Positions 1 to 10,275 of a stretch of 64,000 bases of DNA are shown here, one piece after another. Origin of the DNA: Acidobacteriota bacterium (lineage in GTDB: Bacteria; Acidobacteriota; Terriglobia; Bryobacterales; Bryobacteraceae); NCBI GenBank assembly GCA_016870995.1, contig VFZU01000014.1, forward strand, positions 4,815 to 68,814. Reading direction: 5' to 3'. The notes beneath the pieces are model-generated. The model was not told the DNA's origin. It was given only the letters and a program-made list of their open reading frames with translations, and did no database searches. Every line of letters begins with the position of its first letter. Position 1 is the stretch's first letter. The translations under genes were made by a program, and so were the position numbers.

Positions 1-596
1 ATGTGAACTGCGAGGATCTTTGTGGTTGGGTGACGAAGCGCAATTGTTTCTAGACCGCTGGCGGGAGTAAACGGAGTATCGGCGCCGAAGTGAAAGGCAG
101 GGATGCCTCCCGCTGCGACGATGTGGTCGACAACGGCGATGACTTCTGGTGAATCGATGGGGTATCGATTTTGAGCGGGGTTCAGCTTGACGATCAGGAA
201 ATCGAATTTGTGAATGCACTGATCGACGATGCGGCGAGCGTTGTCGACACCGCAGGCCTTGGGGTCGGTCCAACCGGAGGCGATGAGGCGTCTTGGGTAG
301 GCCTTGGCGGATCGCCAGACGTAGGCATTGGCCTCGAGAAGCGCCTCGTAGTTGAATAGGGGATCTTCGGTGTATGTGGTTGCGGCAGGATTCTGCCAGG
401 TGTTGGCGAGAGTCACGTTCGCCCGGTCCATTTCGGAAATCAGATCTTCGGCTGAGAGCGAGCGGCCGTGGTAGTAGTGCGGTGTTTGGCGATGTGGATA
501 GCGAACAGTGTTTGTGATGTGTGTGTCGGCGTCAATGACAGAGCGGTTCTGATTTTGATCGAGAAACTCGAGGAGGCTAAGGACGTGAGGCTGCAT
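1..596 (-). CDS. Amidohydrolase_2-family metal-dependent hydrolase (runs off the left edge)
   Basis: Not in the ORF track because it has no stop in the window. Manual translation from ATG 596 is open to position 1: MQPHVLSLLEFLDQNQNRSVIDADTH...IVKLNPAQNRYPIDS...GIPAFHFGADTPFT...ILAVHM. The IDxDxH, KLNP and FHxG motifs fit the amidohydrolase TIM barrel. Confidence 0.8.
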   Translation of the reverse strand, partial: MQPHVLSLLEFLDQNQNRSVIDADTHITNTVRYPHRQTPHYYHGRSLSAEDLISEMDRANVTLANTWQNPAATTYTEDPLFNYEALLEANAYVWRSAKAYPRRLIASGWTDPKACGVDNARRIVDQCIHKFDFLIVKLNPAQNRYPIDSPEVIAVVDHIVAAGGIPAFHFGADTPFTPASGLETIALRHPTTKILAVH

Positions 597-654
597 CTGA
601 GTGAAATGGTATGCCAGCCGTTTCGTCCCAGGCTGGTAGTATCCGAAAGTTCCT

Positions 655-1734
655 ATGATCGAGATCCTCTTGTTTGCGTTGAGTTTTCAGGACGGTGGCT
701 TTGCCGCGCAGTGGGATTTGTGGAATCAGAAGGCTCTAGAAGCCTCTGCCGCAAAAAATAAAGGCAGATTGATTGAAGCACTGGAAGAGTTGAACCGGCT
801 TGCGCCTGGCAACGAACGGATGGTTCAAATGCTAGCCGCGGCAAAGGGGACAAAGCCAGGGACTTCATTCGTGAAGCCAGTGACAGCAGCCCGCCTTGAG
901 CAGAGAGTGGAGGGCCGCGATTGGATTGCGGAAGATCTGGTTTGGGATGGGCGTCGGTTTCTTGTGAGTAGCGTGCGGAAGGGCGTGATTCTGGCTGCGG
1001 ATGGAACGGTGTTCGCGAAGGTTGACGTAGGCGTATTTGGACTGGGGATTGACAGAAAACGTAAGTTGCTTTGGGCTGCGCTTGGATCCGTGCCGCAATG
1101 TAAAGAGTGCCGCCAAGGAAAAGAAGGTGCGCTGGCTGCATTCGATTTGAAGACGGGTCGCGAGGCGAAGAGGATCGTGGCTCCCATTGCAGAAGGGCTT
1201 GGTGATTTGACTGTGGGCCCAAAGGGCGATGTCTATGTGACCAGCAATGTTGGAGGCGCGCTGTTCCAATTGCGAGCTGGAGCAGATCGAATGGAGCGAC
1301 TGGATCGGGAGGGAGAATTACCATCTCCGCAAGGGCCAGCGCTGAGCGCGGATGGCAAATCGCTGTTCCTGGCAGACTATCGGCGTGGCATCGCGAAAGT
1401 TGATTTGGCAACGAAGCAATGGACTTGGTTGAAGCCAGCGCCCGGAGTGATCGTTAACGGTATCGATGGATTGTATGCGTTTCAAGGCGGATTCGTTGCA
1501 GTGCAGAATGGGGTTGCCAAACAGAGAATCACCTGGTTTTCGCAGAATCTGGAATCAGCAGGTGTGCTTGAATCCGGCTGGAATGGATTGGGAGAACCAA
1601 CACATGGAACCATCATTGGGAAGCGCTTTTGCTTTATCGCCAATAGCGGATGGGAGGCTTTTGATGAGAAGAGGGAGCGTAAGCCTGGCGTAGCGCCAGT
1701 GGAGTCTGTGATCTACTGCCGCCCAATGCCATAG
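655..1734 (+). CDS. Secreted SMP-30/gluconolactonase-like beta-propeller protein
   Basis: Signal peptide; repeated blades (AEDLVWDG, LGDLTVGPKGDVYVT, PQGPALSADGKSLFLAD, GIDGL, EPTHG). Confidence 0.65.
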   Translation: MIEILLFALSFQDGGFAAQWDLWNQKALEASAAKNKGRLIEALEELNRLAPGNERMVQMLAAAKGTKPGTSFVKPVTAARLEQRVEGRDWIAEDLVWDGRRFLVSSVRKGVILAADGTVFAKVDVGVFGLGIDRKRKLLWAALGSVPQCKECRQGKEGALAAFDLKTGREAKRIVAPIAEGLGDLTVGPKGDVYVTSNVGGALFQLRAGADRMERLDREGELPSPQGPALSADGKSLFLADYRRGIAKVDLATKQWTWLKPAPGVIVNGIDGLYAFQGGFVAVQNGVAKQRITWFSQNLESAGVLESGWNGLGEPTHGTIIGKRFCFIANSGWEAFDEKRERKPGVAPVESVIYCRPMP

Positions 1735-1737
1735 AAT
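1732..1737 (+). promoter_or_regulatory. -10 element (TAGAAT), likely leaderless promoter
   Basis: 8 nt before ATG 1746; no SD. Confidence 0.55.
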
Positions 1738-1745
1738 CAAAGCGA

Positions 1746-2984
1746 ATGACACGCAGAGAATGGTTGGCGATGAGTGCGAGTCTGGCTGCGCCCAGCGACC
1801 GGATTCGGGTTGGATTTATCGGCACGGGTGGAATGGGGATGAACCGGCTGCGAGGCTTCCTCAAGCATGCCGACATCGATGCGGTTGCCGTGTGCGATCT
1901 GGATCCACACCATGTGGATCAGGCCATAGAACAGGTACGAAAAGACAGGGGCACAGCACCGAAGACTTTTAGCGATTACCGGCGGCTGCTTGAGATGAAA
2001 GATGTGGATGCGGTGTGTATTGCGACACCGGATCACTGGCATGCGATCCCGACCATTCAGGCATGCGAGGCCAATAAGGATGTGTTTGTGGAGAAGCCGC
2101 TGAGTTATTCGATCGGCGAAGGCCGCGCGATGGTTAACGCGGCGCGCAAGGGCCAACGCATCACTCAGATGGGGAATCATATCCACAACGATCTGCCGAA
2201 CTATCGGCGGGTGGTGGAGTTGATTCAAGCGGGCACGATTGGGAAAGTGAATCGAGTGTCGGTTTGGAGAACATCTGAAACCAAAGGTCTCGGACGCCCA
2301 GCTGATGGAACGCCACCCAAGGGATTGGATTATGACTTCTGGCTTGGGCCAGCACCTGCGCGGGCGTTCAATCAAAACCGCTGTCACTTCAACTACCGCT
2401 ATTTTTGGGACTACAGCGGGGGGATGTTCATCGACTTCTGGTGTCACATTACGGATGTTGTGTACTGGGCGCTTGGGCTAACCGCACCCAAAGCGATTGC
2501 AGCGACGGGGCGGCGCGAATTGACGGACGACAACGGCGAGACGCCGAACTTCCTGGAAGTGCAGTACGAGTATCCGGGGCTCGATATGGTGTGGTCGATG
2601 AATCCGCAAGGTCCGCCGGGATTTGAGAATTGGGGCATTGGGGCTGCGTTTCAAGGCCCAGAGGGAACGATCGTAACGAATTACAGCGAACATAAGTTGA
2701 TCCGCAAGGGCAAGGAGGTGCTCGATTTCATTAGGCCCGCGGCAAGCATCGCCGACAGCCCTGGCCATATTCGCGAGTTTCTCGATAGCGTGAAATCGAG
2801 AAAGAGAACTACCTGCGATGTCGAATACGGGCATCAGCTGACCAAGGCCGGATTGCTCGGCAATATCGCATTGAGAACTGGCCGCAGAATTCAGTGGGAC
2901 GATGCCCGGGAGCATATCGTTGATGACAAGAACGCTGACAAATTGGTAACACGGCGCTATCGCAAACCTTGGAAGATGGCTTAA
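1746..2984 (+). CDS. Gfo/Idh/MocA family oxidoreductase with twin-arginine signal
   Basis: MTRREWL start; VGFIGTGGMG Rossmann motif; IATPDHWH and VFVEKP motifs. Confidence 0.9.
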   Translation: MTRREWLAMSASLAAPSDRIRVGFIGTGGMGMNRLRGFLKHADIDAVAVCDLDPHHVDQAIEQVRKDRGTAPKTFSDYRRLLEMKDVDAVCIATPDHWHAIPTIQACEANKDVFVEKPLSYSIGEGRAMVNAARKGQRITQMGNHIHNDLPNYRRVVELIQAGTIGKVNRVSVWRTSETKGLGRPADGTPPKGLDYDFWLGPAPARAFNQNRCHFNYRYFWDYSGGMFIDFWCHITDVVYWALGLTAPKAIAATGRRELTDDNGETPNFLEVQYEYPGLDMVWSMNPQGPPGFENWGIGAAFQGPEGTIVTNYSEHKLIRKGKEVLDFIRPAASIADSPGHIREFLDSVKSRKRTTCDVEYGHQLTKAGLLGNIALRTGRRIQWDDAREHIVDDKNADKLVTRRYRKPWKMA

Positions 2985-2986
2985 GT

Positions 2987-4663
2987 ATGGAAACCCTCGG
3001 GCGATACGAGATTCGCAGAGAATTGGGCCGTGGAGGAATGGGTGTGGTTTACCGCGCCTATGATCCGACGCTGGAGCGTGAAATTGCGATCAAGAGTGTG
3101 CGCCTGGACGGAGTGGACGAAGAAGCCAGAGCGAGCCTGGAGCAAAGGCTGAGCCGCGAAGCGAAGGCTGCGGCACGGCTGCAGCATCCGAACATCGTTG
3201 CGGTGTATGACTTCTTTCGCGTCGAGGATCGAGCTTACATCGTCATGGAGTTTGTTCGGGGTTCGATGCTGGATGCGATGGTTGCTGCTGGCAACCGACA
3301 GAATACCGAATCCATTCTGAGAGTTTTGAGGCAATGCGCCAGTGCGCTCGACGCTGCGCATAAGCAAGGAATCGTTCACCGGGACATCAAGCCCGGTAAC
3401 ATCCTGATCGACGAATCCGGGCATGTCAAGATCACCGATTTCGGAATCGCCCGGATCACTTCGGCGGGTGCAACCGAAACGATGTCTTCAGGAATGGGCT
3501 TTACCGTAGGGACGCTGGGCTACATGGCACCCGAACAGATTCGGGGAGAGGCTGTGGATGGCAAGGCAGATCAGTTTTCGCTAGGCATCGTTGCTTACCA
3601 GTTGTTCACGGGGGTGATGCCCTTTGAGGCGGATACGTGGATCGCCTTGTCCTACAAGATCATTCACGATGAACCTCCAGTCCTCGTAGGCAAACATCCA
3701 GCGGTCAATGCAGCAATGGAGATTGCGCTGAAGCGCTCAATCTCGAAAAAGCCAGCTGATCGATTTGAATCCTGCACGGCGTTTGCCGATGCGTTGAGCA
3801 CGCCTGTGGTGGCGAAAGAGCCACGGAATTGGATCCTTGTGGGAGCGGCCCTGGCCGTGGTGGCCGCCGGGCTGGCGTGGATGTACCTGATGCCGAAAGC
3901 CGCATCAACGCCTGAGGTGAAGCCTCAAGCTCAAGCCGAGATGGCGTATACGCCGGCACCCCCGGCGCCAGCTGCTCCCGCTCCAGCAACTACTGCCATT
4001 GTGGAGCAGCCCAAAACTGAAACGATCGAATTTGTTCGCATTCCCGCAGGGCAGTTTTTTATGGGATCGGATACGGATACCGAGGATCAGCGTCCGAAAC
4101 ACATGGTGCGCCTCACCAAACCCTTCGAAATGGCTAAAACCGAAACTACAGAAAAGCAGTGGAGCGAAGTGATGGGGGGCGCGGCCGGATCGGATTTACC
4201 GAAGGTAAATGTGAGTTGGCGTGAGGCACAGAGCTTCATTGGCAAGTTGAATCAGCGAGGGGATGGATACACGTATCGGCTGCCTACTGAGGCCGAATGG
4301 GAATATGCAGCGCGCGGAGGCGGCGAGCAAGAACGCCCGCGAAATCTGGATGATGTGGCTTGGAATTCCAACAATAGCGGCCGAACCAGGCAGAAGGCGG
4401 GCACGCTTGCGGCCAATGGATATGGCCTTCACGACATGCTTGGAAATGTCTTTGAATGGACCGGCGATTGGCTGGAAGAAGGCTACTATGCCAACTCGCC
4501 GGCAGCGAATCCGCAAGGTGGCGCTACGGGGACCATGCGGTTGAATCGCGGCGGTTGCTTCGAAACTCAGGCTATGTTGATTTCCACGGCCTATCGGTTC
4601 GCCGATCCACCCGAGACCAGGTTGCCCACATTGGGCTTCCGCGCGGTGCGGGAAAAACGCTAG
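2987..4663 (+). CDS. Hanks-type Ser/Thr kinase fused via a TM helix and Pro/Ala linker to an FGE-sulfatase-like domain
   Basis: LGRGGMGVVY, AIK, HRDIKPGN, DFGIA, GTLGYMAPE; TM segment WILVGAALAVVAAGLAWMYL; C-terminal RLPTEAEWEYAARGG, DMLGNVFEW, RGG, GFR. ATG 2987 preferred over the track start 2969. Confidence 0.9.
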   Translation: METLGRYEIRRELGRGGMGVVYRAYDPTLEREIAIKSVRLDGVDEEARASLEQRLSREAKAAARLQHPNIVAVYDFFRVEDRAYIVMEFVRGSMLDAMVAAGNRQNTESILRVLRQCASALDAAHKQGIVHRDIKPGNILIDESGHVKITDFGIARITSAGATETMSSGMGFTVGTLGYMAPEQIRGEAVDGKADQFSLGIVAYQLFTGVMPFEADTWIALSYKIIHDEPPVLVGKHPAVNAAMEIALKRSISKKPADRFESCTAFADALSTPVVAKEPRNWILVGAALAVVAAGLAWMYLMPKAASTPEVKPQAQAEMAYTPAPPAPAAPAPATTAIVEQPKTETIEFVRIPAGQFFMGSDTDTEDQRPKHMVRLTKPFEMAKTETTEKQWSEVMGGAAGSDLPKVNVSWREAQSFIGKLNQRGDGYTYRLPTEAEWEYAARGGGEQERPRNLDDVAWNSNNSGRTRQKAGTLAANGYGLHDMLGNVFEWTGDWLEEGYYANSPAANPQGGATGTMRLNRGGCFETQAMLISTAYRFADPPETRLPTLGFRAVREKR

Positions 4664-6441
4664 GTCTTGACGCGGAGCTGAATCCCGAGTTCGCGGAGAT
4701 TCTTGTCGGGAACCCTGCTGGGAGCTTCGCACATGAGGTCTGTGCCCTTGCTGGTCTTGGGGAATGGGATGACGTCGCGGATACTGATTTCACCAGCAAG
4801 CATCATCACCAGGCGATCAAAGCCGAGAGCAATGCCTCCGTGGGGCGGTGCGCCATACTCAAGCGCATCGAGCAGGAAGCCGAAGCGGTTCTTTGCTTCA
4901 TCCATCGAGAAACCGATCGCAGAGAAGATCTTCGACTGCACGTCCCTGCGATGGATACGAATCGAACCTGAGGCGATTTCGACACCGCTGATGACCAGGT
5001 CGTAAGCCTTGGATCGGACATGCGCCGGATTGGTTTCGAGCAGCGGGATGTCTTCTTCAAAGGGCGAAGTGAAGGGATGATGCGCTGCCTGCCAACGTTC
5101 TTCTTCAGCATCCCATTCGAACATTGGAAAGTCGGTGACCCAGAGAAGACGGAGGTCTTTGGGGTCAAGCAGCTTGTGGCGGTCATTAAACTTCTGCGCC
5201 ATGTGCAGGCGGAGTTGGCCAGCGGCAAGATAAACGGTTTCTTCAGGGCGGTGACCCGTCGGCTCACTCGGCCAAGCGGCGATCATGAGGGTGTCTTCGT
5301 CCGTAGCTCCAGTGCGGCGCTTCACTTCGGCCATGACTTCGGGCATGTCACGTTCCAGGCGCTTCAAATCGTCGAGAACGCGAAGGCCCTTCTCGACTCC
5401 GAAGGCCTTTACGTCGTCACGCTCTTTGCGCGACAACTGCAACCGGGGAATGGTGATAGCCAACATGGGAAGCCCCTCGGTGCCGAGGCCCTGGCCAGCG
5501 AAGAGTTCCGTAACATCGACCATGGGAGGCACGCGAAGGTCGGGCTTATCAATGCCGTACTGCTCGATTGCCTGCTTGTAATTCAGACGGAGGAACGGGG
5601 CGGTGATGTTGTAATCCGCTTCGGCGAAGATCGCAATGACGAGCTTCTCGACGGTCTCGAAGATGGTCTCCTGTTGAGGGAAGCTCATTTCGATATCAAT
5701 CTGGGTGAATTCCGGCTGGCGGTCTGCGCGGAGATCTTCGTCGCGGAAGCAGCGGACGATCTGGAAGTACTTGTCGAACCCAGAGACCATCAACAACTGT
5801 TTGAAAATCTGAGGGCTCTGCGGCAGAGCGTAAAAGCTGCCGAGCGACATGCGGGAGGGCACGAGGAAGTCACGTGAGCCTTCGGGCGTCGACTTCGTCA
5901 TGAACGGGGTTTCGATCTCAAGGAAGCCCGAATCGTACATTGCCTTGCGCGCAGCAAGGGCGATCTTGGAGCGCAGCATGATGTTGTGCTGCATGCGCGG
6001 GCGGCGCAGGTCGACGAAGCGATACTTGAGCCGCGCCTCTTCGCTGATCGTATTGTCGTCGTCCATCGGGAATGGGGCTGGCTTTGATTCGTTCAAGATC
6101 CAAAGCTTGTCCACAACGACTTCCACCTCGCCAGTGGGGATTGCGGGATTGATGGTGTCGGCGCTGCGCTTCTCAACCACGCCCTCGACGGCGATCACAA
6201 ATTCAGGACGGAGGTCTTCAGCGCGGGAATGAACCTGAGCGTTTTCTTCAATCCGGAAGACACACTGAGACACGCCAGCACGGTCTCGCAAGTGAATGAA
6301 AATGAGAGCTCCGAGGTCGCGGCGGCGATGGATCCAGCCCATCAACAGAACGCGCTGGCCTTCGTGAGCCAGTCGGATGGCGCCGCAGTCATGCGTGCGC
6401 TTGAGGTCACCGAGAAAATCGAGCGTTAAGGCTTCGGACAT
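4660..6441 (-). CDS. aspS: Aspartate--tRNA ligase
   Basis: RTHDCG, FIHLRDRAG, TPEGSRDF, LPQSPQIFKQLLM, CFRDEDLRADRQPEFTQID, PPHGGIALGFDR. Confidence 0.97.
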   Translation of the reverse strand: MSEALTLDFLGDLKRTHDCGAIRLAHEGQRVLLMGWIHRRRDLGALIFIHLRDRAGVSQCVFRIEENAQVHSRAEDLRPEFVIAVEGVVEKRSADTINPAIPTGEVEVVVDKLWILNESKPAPFPMDDDNTISEEARLKYRFVDLRRPRMQHNIMLRSKIALAARKAMYDSGFLEIETPFMTKSTPEGSRDFLVPSRMSLGSFYALPQSPQIFKQLLMVSGFDKYFQIVRCFRDEDLRADRQPEFTQIDIEMSFPQQETIFETVEKLVIAIFAEADYNITAPFLRLNYKQAIEQYGIDKPDLRVPPMVDVTELFAGQGLGTEGLPMLAITIPRLQLSRKERDDVKAFGVEKGLRVLDDLKRLERDMPEVMAEVKRRTGATDEDTLMIAAWPSEPTGHRPEETVYLAAGQLRLHMAQKFNDRHKLLDPKDLRLLWVTDFPMFEWDAEEERWQAAHHPFTSPFEEDIPLLETNPAHVRSKAYDLVISGVEIASGSIRIHRRDVQSKIFSAIGFSMDEAKNRFGFLLDALEYGAPPHGGIALGFDRLVMMLAGEISIRDVIPFPKTSKGTDLMCEAPSRVPDKNLRELGIQLRVKT

Positions 6442-7682
6442 ATGTGGTTTCTGAGATCTTCCTTGGGAACGGAGATTTGTTCTCCTGTAGCCATGTTCTT
6501 GAGGCTGTATTGGCCGTTGGCGACTTCCTGTTCGCCGACAAGCAAGGCAAAGCGGGCGCCGAGTTTGCTAGCCAGTTCCATGGATCGCTTGAGCTTGCCA
6601 GCGCCGGCCAGTTCCACCACGATCCCATGATGGCGCAGGTCACGCGCAATCAGACTGGAGTGGCGGAAGCTGGGTTCGTCCATCGGTGCAATGAACAGAT
6701 CGAGGGTATGTGTGTACTTGCCGGGGTGAGCTTCTTCAACTGTCATGACAAGACGGTCTTCGCCGATTGAAAAGCCGATTCCAGGTGCGGCAACGCGGCT
6801 GCCGAGGCTTTCAGCAAGGCCGTCATAACGGCCACCGCCCAGCACGGAATTCTGTGAGCCGAGGGCACCTTCATGAACAATTTCAAAAGTGGTGCGGGTG
6901 TAGTAATCAAGGCCGCGAACCATGCGTGGATTCAAGGTGTAGGCAATGCCCCGGTCTTCGAGATACTCTTTCACTCGCGCGAAATGGAGCTTCGAATCTT
7001 GGTCGAGGTAATCGTGAATCGAAGGCAGTGCGTCGATATGGGCTTGATCTTCAGGAGCCTTGGAATCGAGGATCCGAAGCGGATTGGTTTCGAGGCGGCG
7101 CTGGGAATCGGCACCGAGCTGATCCTTCACTGGTTCCAGCCGCTGGCGGATGGCTTCGACAAACGCTGGCCGGGATTGAGGTGTACCAACGCTGTTGATC
7201 ATCAACTTGTAGCCCCTGACGCCGCACGCATCGAGCAGGACACAAACCATCTCGATCACCTCAGCATCAATCGAAGGTGAATCGCTGCCGATTACTTCCG
7301 CACCGATCTGGCTGAACTGGCGATAGCGCCCCTTTTGAGGACGCTCCCGACGAAACATCGGACCGACATAGAACAGCTTTTGCAGCCCCGGAATTTGATC
7401 GAGGCGATGTTCGATGTAGGCACGAATTACGCTTGCGGTGTTTTCGGGTCGAAGGGTAAGGCTCGAGTCGTCGCGATCCTTGAAGGTGTACATCTCCTTG
7501 GTGACGATGTCGGTTTCTTCACCAACACCTCTGGCGAACAAGGAGGTTTCCTCGAAAATCGGAGTGCGAATTTCCTGGAAGTTGTAGCTGCGGAAAACGT
7601 CGCGAGAGATGGCTTCGACATGGTTCCAGACCGAAATCGCCGGAGGAAGAATGTCGCGAGTGCCTTTGACTGCTTTGATCAT
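6426..7682 (-). CDS. hisS: Histidine--tRNA ligase
   Basis: KGTRD, TLRPENTAS, FRRERPQKGRYRQF, RGLDYYTRT, GGGRYDGL. Confidence 0.97.
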   Translation of the reverse strand: MIKAVKGTRDILPPAISVWNHVEAISRDVFRSYNFQEIRTPIFEETSLFARGVGEETDIVTKEMYTFKDRDDSSLTLRPENTASVIRAYIEHRLDQIPGLQKLFYVGPMFRRERPQKGRYRQFSQIGAEVIGSDSPSIDAEVIEMVCVLLDACGVRGYKLMINSVGTPQSRPAFVEAIRQRLEPVKDQLGADSQRRLETNPLRILDSKAPEDQAHIDALPSIHDYLDQDSKLHFARVKEYLEDRGIAYTLNPRMVRGLDYYTRTTFEIVHEGALGSQNSVLGGGRYDGLAESLGSRVAAPGIGFSIGEDRLVMTVEEAHPGKYTHTLDLFIAPMDEPSFRHSSLIARDLRHHGIVVELAGAGKLKRSMELASKLGARFALLVGEQEVANGQYSLKNMATGEQISVPKEDLRNHICPKP

Positions 7683-8194
7683 GCGGACTCCTCGCGATAG
7701 AGGGCGCGCGCTTGCACGTAGTGTTGGGCATTGACGCGGAAACGTTCGGCTTCTTCAGCCGTGACTTCACGACGAACCTTGGCGGGTACGCCCATGGCCA
7801 AGGTGCCTGCGGGGATTTCCATGCCTTCTGGCACCAGGGTACCGGCGGCGACAATCGCGCCCTTGCCGATGCGAGCGCCATTGAGAACGATCGCGCCAAT
7901 GCCAATTAGCGCGTCATCTTCGACCGTGCAACCATGCAGACAAACTTGATGGCCCACGGTGACACGATCACCAATGATGAGAGGGAAATCAGGGCCTTCC
8001 ACATGCAGGACGCTGTTGTCCTGTACGTTTGATTCTTCGCCGATTTGAATGCGATGCACATCGCCCCGGATAGTCACCAACGGCCAGACGCTGGAGCGTT
8101 CGCCAATACAGACGTTTCCGATCACTTGTGCGCTGGGGTCGATGTAGCAGGACGAGGCAATCTTCGGCACGATGCCGCGATAAGCCCTGATCAT
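7679..8194 (-). CDS. Gamma carbonic anhydrase-family hexapeptide-repeat protein (YrdA/CaiE-like)
   Basis: MIRAYRGIVPKI start (ATG 8194); IRGDVHRIQIG, NVQDNSVLH, VTVGH, LHGC; 4-nt overlap with hisS. Confidence 0.9.
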   Translation of the reverse strand: MIRAYRGIVPKIASSCYIDPSAQVIGNVCIGERSSVWPLVTIRGDVHRIQIGEESNVQDNSVLHVEGPDFPLIIGDRVTVGHQVCLHGCTVEDDALIGIGAIVLNGARIGKGAIVAAGTLVPEGMEIPAGTLAMGVPAKVRREVTAEEAERFRVNAQHYVQARALYREESA

Positions 8195-8233
8195 TGCGTA
8201 ATTTCTCACTTTAGCATGGGCGTGAGTGGGGGC

Positions 8234-8239
8234 TAGAAT
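8234..8239 (+). promoter_or_regulatory. -10 element (TAGAAT), likely leaderless promoter
   Basis: 7 nt before ATG 8247. Confidence 0.55.
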
Positions 8240-8246
8240 GGTTTTG

Positions 8247-10274
8247 ATGCGATCCCTGATTGTTTTGGCGCTCGTTCTTGCGAACCCTTGTTTGTTTGGC
8301 CAAAAGAAGATGCTGGATGCCGAAGGGTTGTGGAAGATACAGCGCATCGGAGAGCCCTCGCTGTCTCCCGATGGCAAGACGGTCGCCTTTGTCGTGCGAA
8401 AGTTTGATGCCGACAAAAACACCTCGACACGCCAGATCTATACGGTGGCTCTTGAAGGTGGGGAGCCGAAGCAGATTACTACCGAGGGCAGCGTGAATGA
8501 ACGGCCGAAGTGGAGTCCGGATTCGAAGCGCATCTTTTGGGTATCGAACCGTGGTGGTTCGACTCAAGCATGGGGCATGAATGTAGACGGTACAGGCGCC
8601 AAGCAGATCACGAATATTTCGACTGAGGCGGGTGGGATTTTGGTGAGCCCCGACGGCAAGCTGTTGGTGTTTCAAAGCAGCGTCTACCCGGACTGCGCAG
8701 ACGATGTCTGCAACAAGAAACGCATGGATGCTGAGGCAGCATCGAAATCGAAAGCGCGAGTCTACACCGGATTGCTCTACAGGCACTGGACCGAGTATCA
8801 GGGCAAACGGCGCAATCACTTGTTCGCCGTTCCGATCGAAGGGGGAAAGGCCAAGGACTTGACCCCGGGCCCACATGATGTGCCGCCATTTTCGCTAGGA
8901 GGGCCAGATGACTATGCAATCTCTCCTGACAGCGGAGAGCTTTGCTATGCCATCAACACGGATGAGAATCCTGCCCTTTCGACAAATCATGAACTGTATG
9001 TGGTACCAACGGCTGGCGGGGAGTCCAAGAAAATCACAATCAACACGGCAGCTGATCTTTCGCCGCTCTATTCCCCAGACGGGAAATATCTTGCGTATCG
9101 GGCCCAGGCCAAGGCTGGGTTCGAGAGCGACAAGTGGCGCCTGGTCGTGATGGATCGAAGCACCGGCGTCGCCACGATCTTGACGGAGGGCCTGGACCGA
9201 GCGGTGCAGTCGATCACCTGGTCTGGCGATTCCAAGCGGCTGTTTTACACGATTGAGGATCGCGGCAGACAGACCTTGCAAATGACGCCCGTGACCGGTG
9301 GTGGATCGCAAACGGTCGTCAGCGGAGCATCGCATATCGACGATGTGCAATTTACACCCGATGGCCGCGTGATGATCTATAGCGAGCACTCCGGCTCGCG
9401 GCCCGTGGAGTTGTTCAAAACGACCTCGCGCTCGACGCCGGTCGCATTGACCAAGCTGAACGAAGCGTTGCTGTCAGGATATGAAGTGCCTGCCCTCGAA
9501 GAGTTTTATGTGGACGGAGCCGAGAAAGCCAAAGTACATAGCTTTGTTTTGAAGCCCGCAGGCTTTGATGCCAAGAAAAAGTACCCGGTGCTGTTTCTGA
9601 TCCATGGCGGTCCGCAAGGTGCGTGGGGCCAAGGCTGGAGCTTTCGCTGGAACCCGCAGGTTTTCGCCAATGCGGGATTTGTTGTGGTGATGCCGAACTC
9701 ACGTGGGTCCACTGGTTATGGCCAGAAATTCACCGATGAAGTGAGCGACGACTGGGGCGGCAAAGTCTACGAGGACATCATGGCGGTGGTGGACAAGGTG
9801 GAAAGCGAAGCATGGGCCGACAAGGATCGATTCGCGGCGGCCGGCGGTAGCTTTGGTGGCTACATGGTGAATTGGATGTTGGGCCACACGAACCGCTTCA
9901 AGGCGTTTGTGAGCCATGCAGGCGTGTTTGACCTGCGATCGATGGCTGGAGAAACCGAAGAGCTGTGGTTTGTGAACTGGGAGTTCAAAGGGATGCCTTG
10001 GGATCAGCCCGAGACCTATAGCAAGTGGAGCCCCAGCTATTTTGTAAAGGATTTCAAAACGCCGACGCTCGTGCTTCACGGCGAGTTAGATTATCGTGTC
10101 CCCGTTGGACAAGGGATGCAGTTGTTCACTGGCCTGCAAATGCAAAAAGTGCCCTCCAAGATGGTGTTGTTTCCGGATGAAGGGCACTGGATTTTGAAGC
10201 CCCAGAACAGTTTGCTCTGGTACAAGAGCTTCATTGATTGGGTGACGGAGTTTACCGCCAAAAAGGCGGAGTAG
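8247..10274 (+). CDS. S9 family peptidase (TolB-like propeller plus alpha/beta hydrolase)
   Basis: Signal peptide MRSLIVLALVLA; WD40/PD40-like repeats; IHGGPQ, GGSFGG nucleophile elbow, DYRVP, DEGH. Confidence 0.92.
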   Translation: MRSLIVLALVLANPCLFGQKKMLDAEGLWKIQRIGEPSLSPDGKTVAFVVRKFDADKNTSTRQIYTVALEGGEPKQITTEGSVNERPKWSPDSKRIFWVSNRGGSTQAWGMNVDGTGAKQITNISTEAGGILVSPDGKLLVFQSSVYPDCADDVCNKKRMDAEAASKSKARVYTGLLYRHWTEYQGKRRNHLFAVPIEGGKAKDLTPGPHDVPPFSLGGPDDYAISPDSGELCYAINTDENPALSTNHELYVVPTAGGESKKITINTAADLSPLYSPDGKYLAYRAQAKAGFESDKWRLVVMDRSTGVATILTEGLDRAVQSITWSGDSKRLFYTIEDRGRQTLQMTPVTGGGSQTVVSGASHIDDVQFTPDGRVMIYSEHSGSRPVELFKTTSRSTPVALTKLNEALLSGYEVPALEEFYVDGAEKAKVHSFVLKPAGFDAKKKYPVLFLIHGGPQGAWGQGWSFRWNPQVFANAGFVVVMPNSRGSTGYGQKFTDEVSDDWGGKVYEDIMAVVDKVESEAWADKDRFAAAGGSFGGYMVNWMLGHTNRFKAFVSHAGVFDLRSMAGETEELWFVNWEFKGMPWDQPETYSKWSPSYFVKDFKTPTLVLHGELDYRVPVGQGMQLFTGLQMQKVPSKMVLFPDEGHWILKPQNSLLWYKSFIDWVTEFTAKKAE

Positions 10275-10275
10275 C

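Noticed and set aside
614-636. Inverted repeat CCAGCC-N11-GGCTGG in the first divergent promoter region
   Set aside because: Only 6 bp in GC-rich DNA; expected by chance and not seen recurring.
7679-8422. Track start extensions (8422, 2969, 33528, 41828, 43279, 45950, 47142, 52271)
   Set aside because: The extensions overlap neighbouring genes or promoters; shorter starts match family N-termini and -10 spacing.
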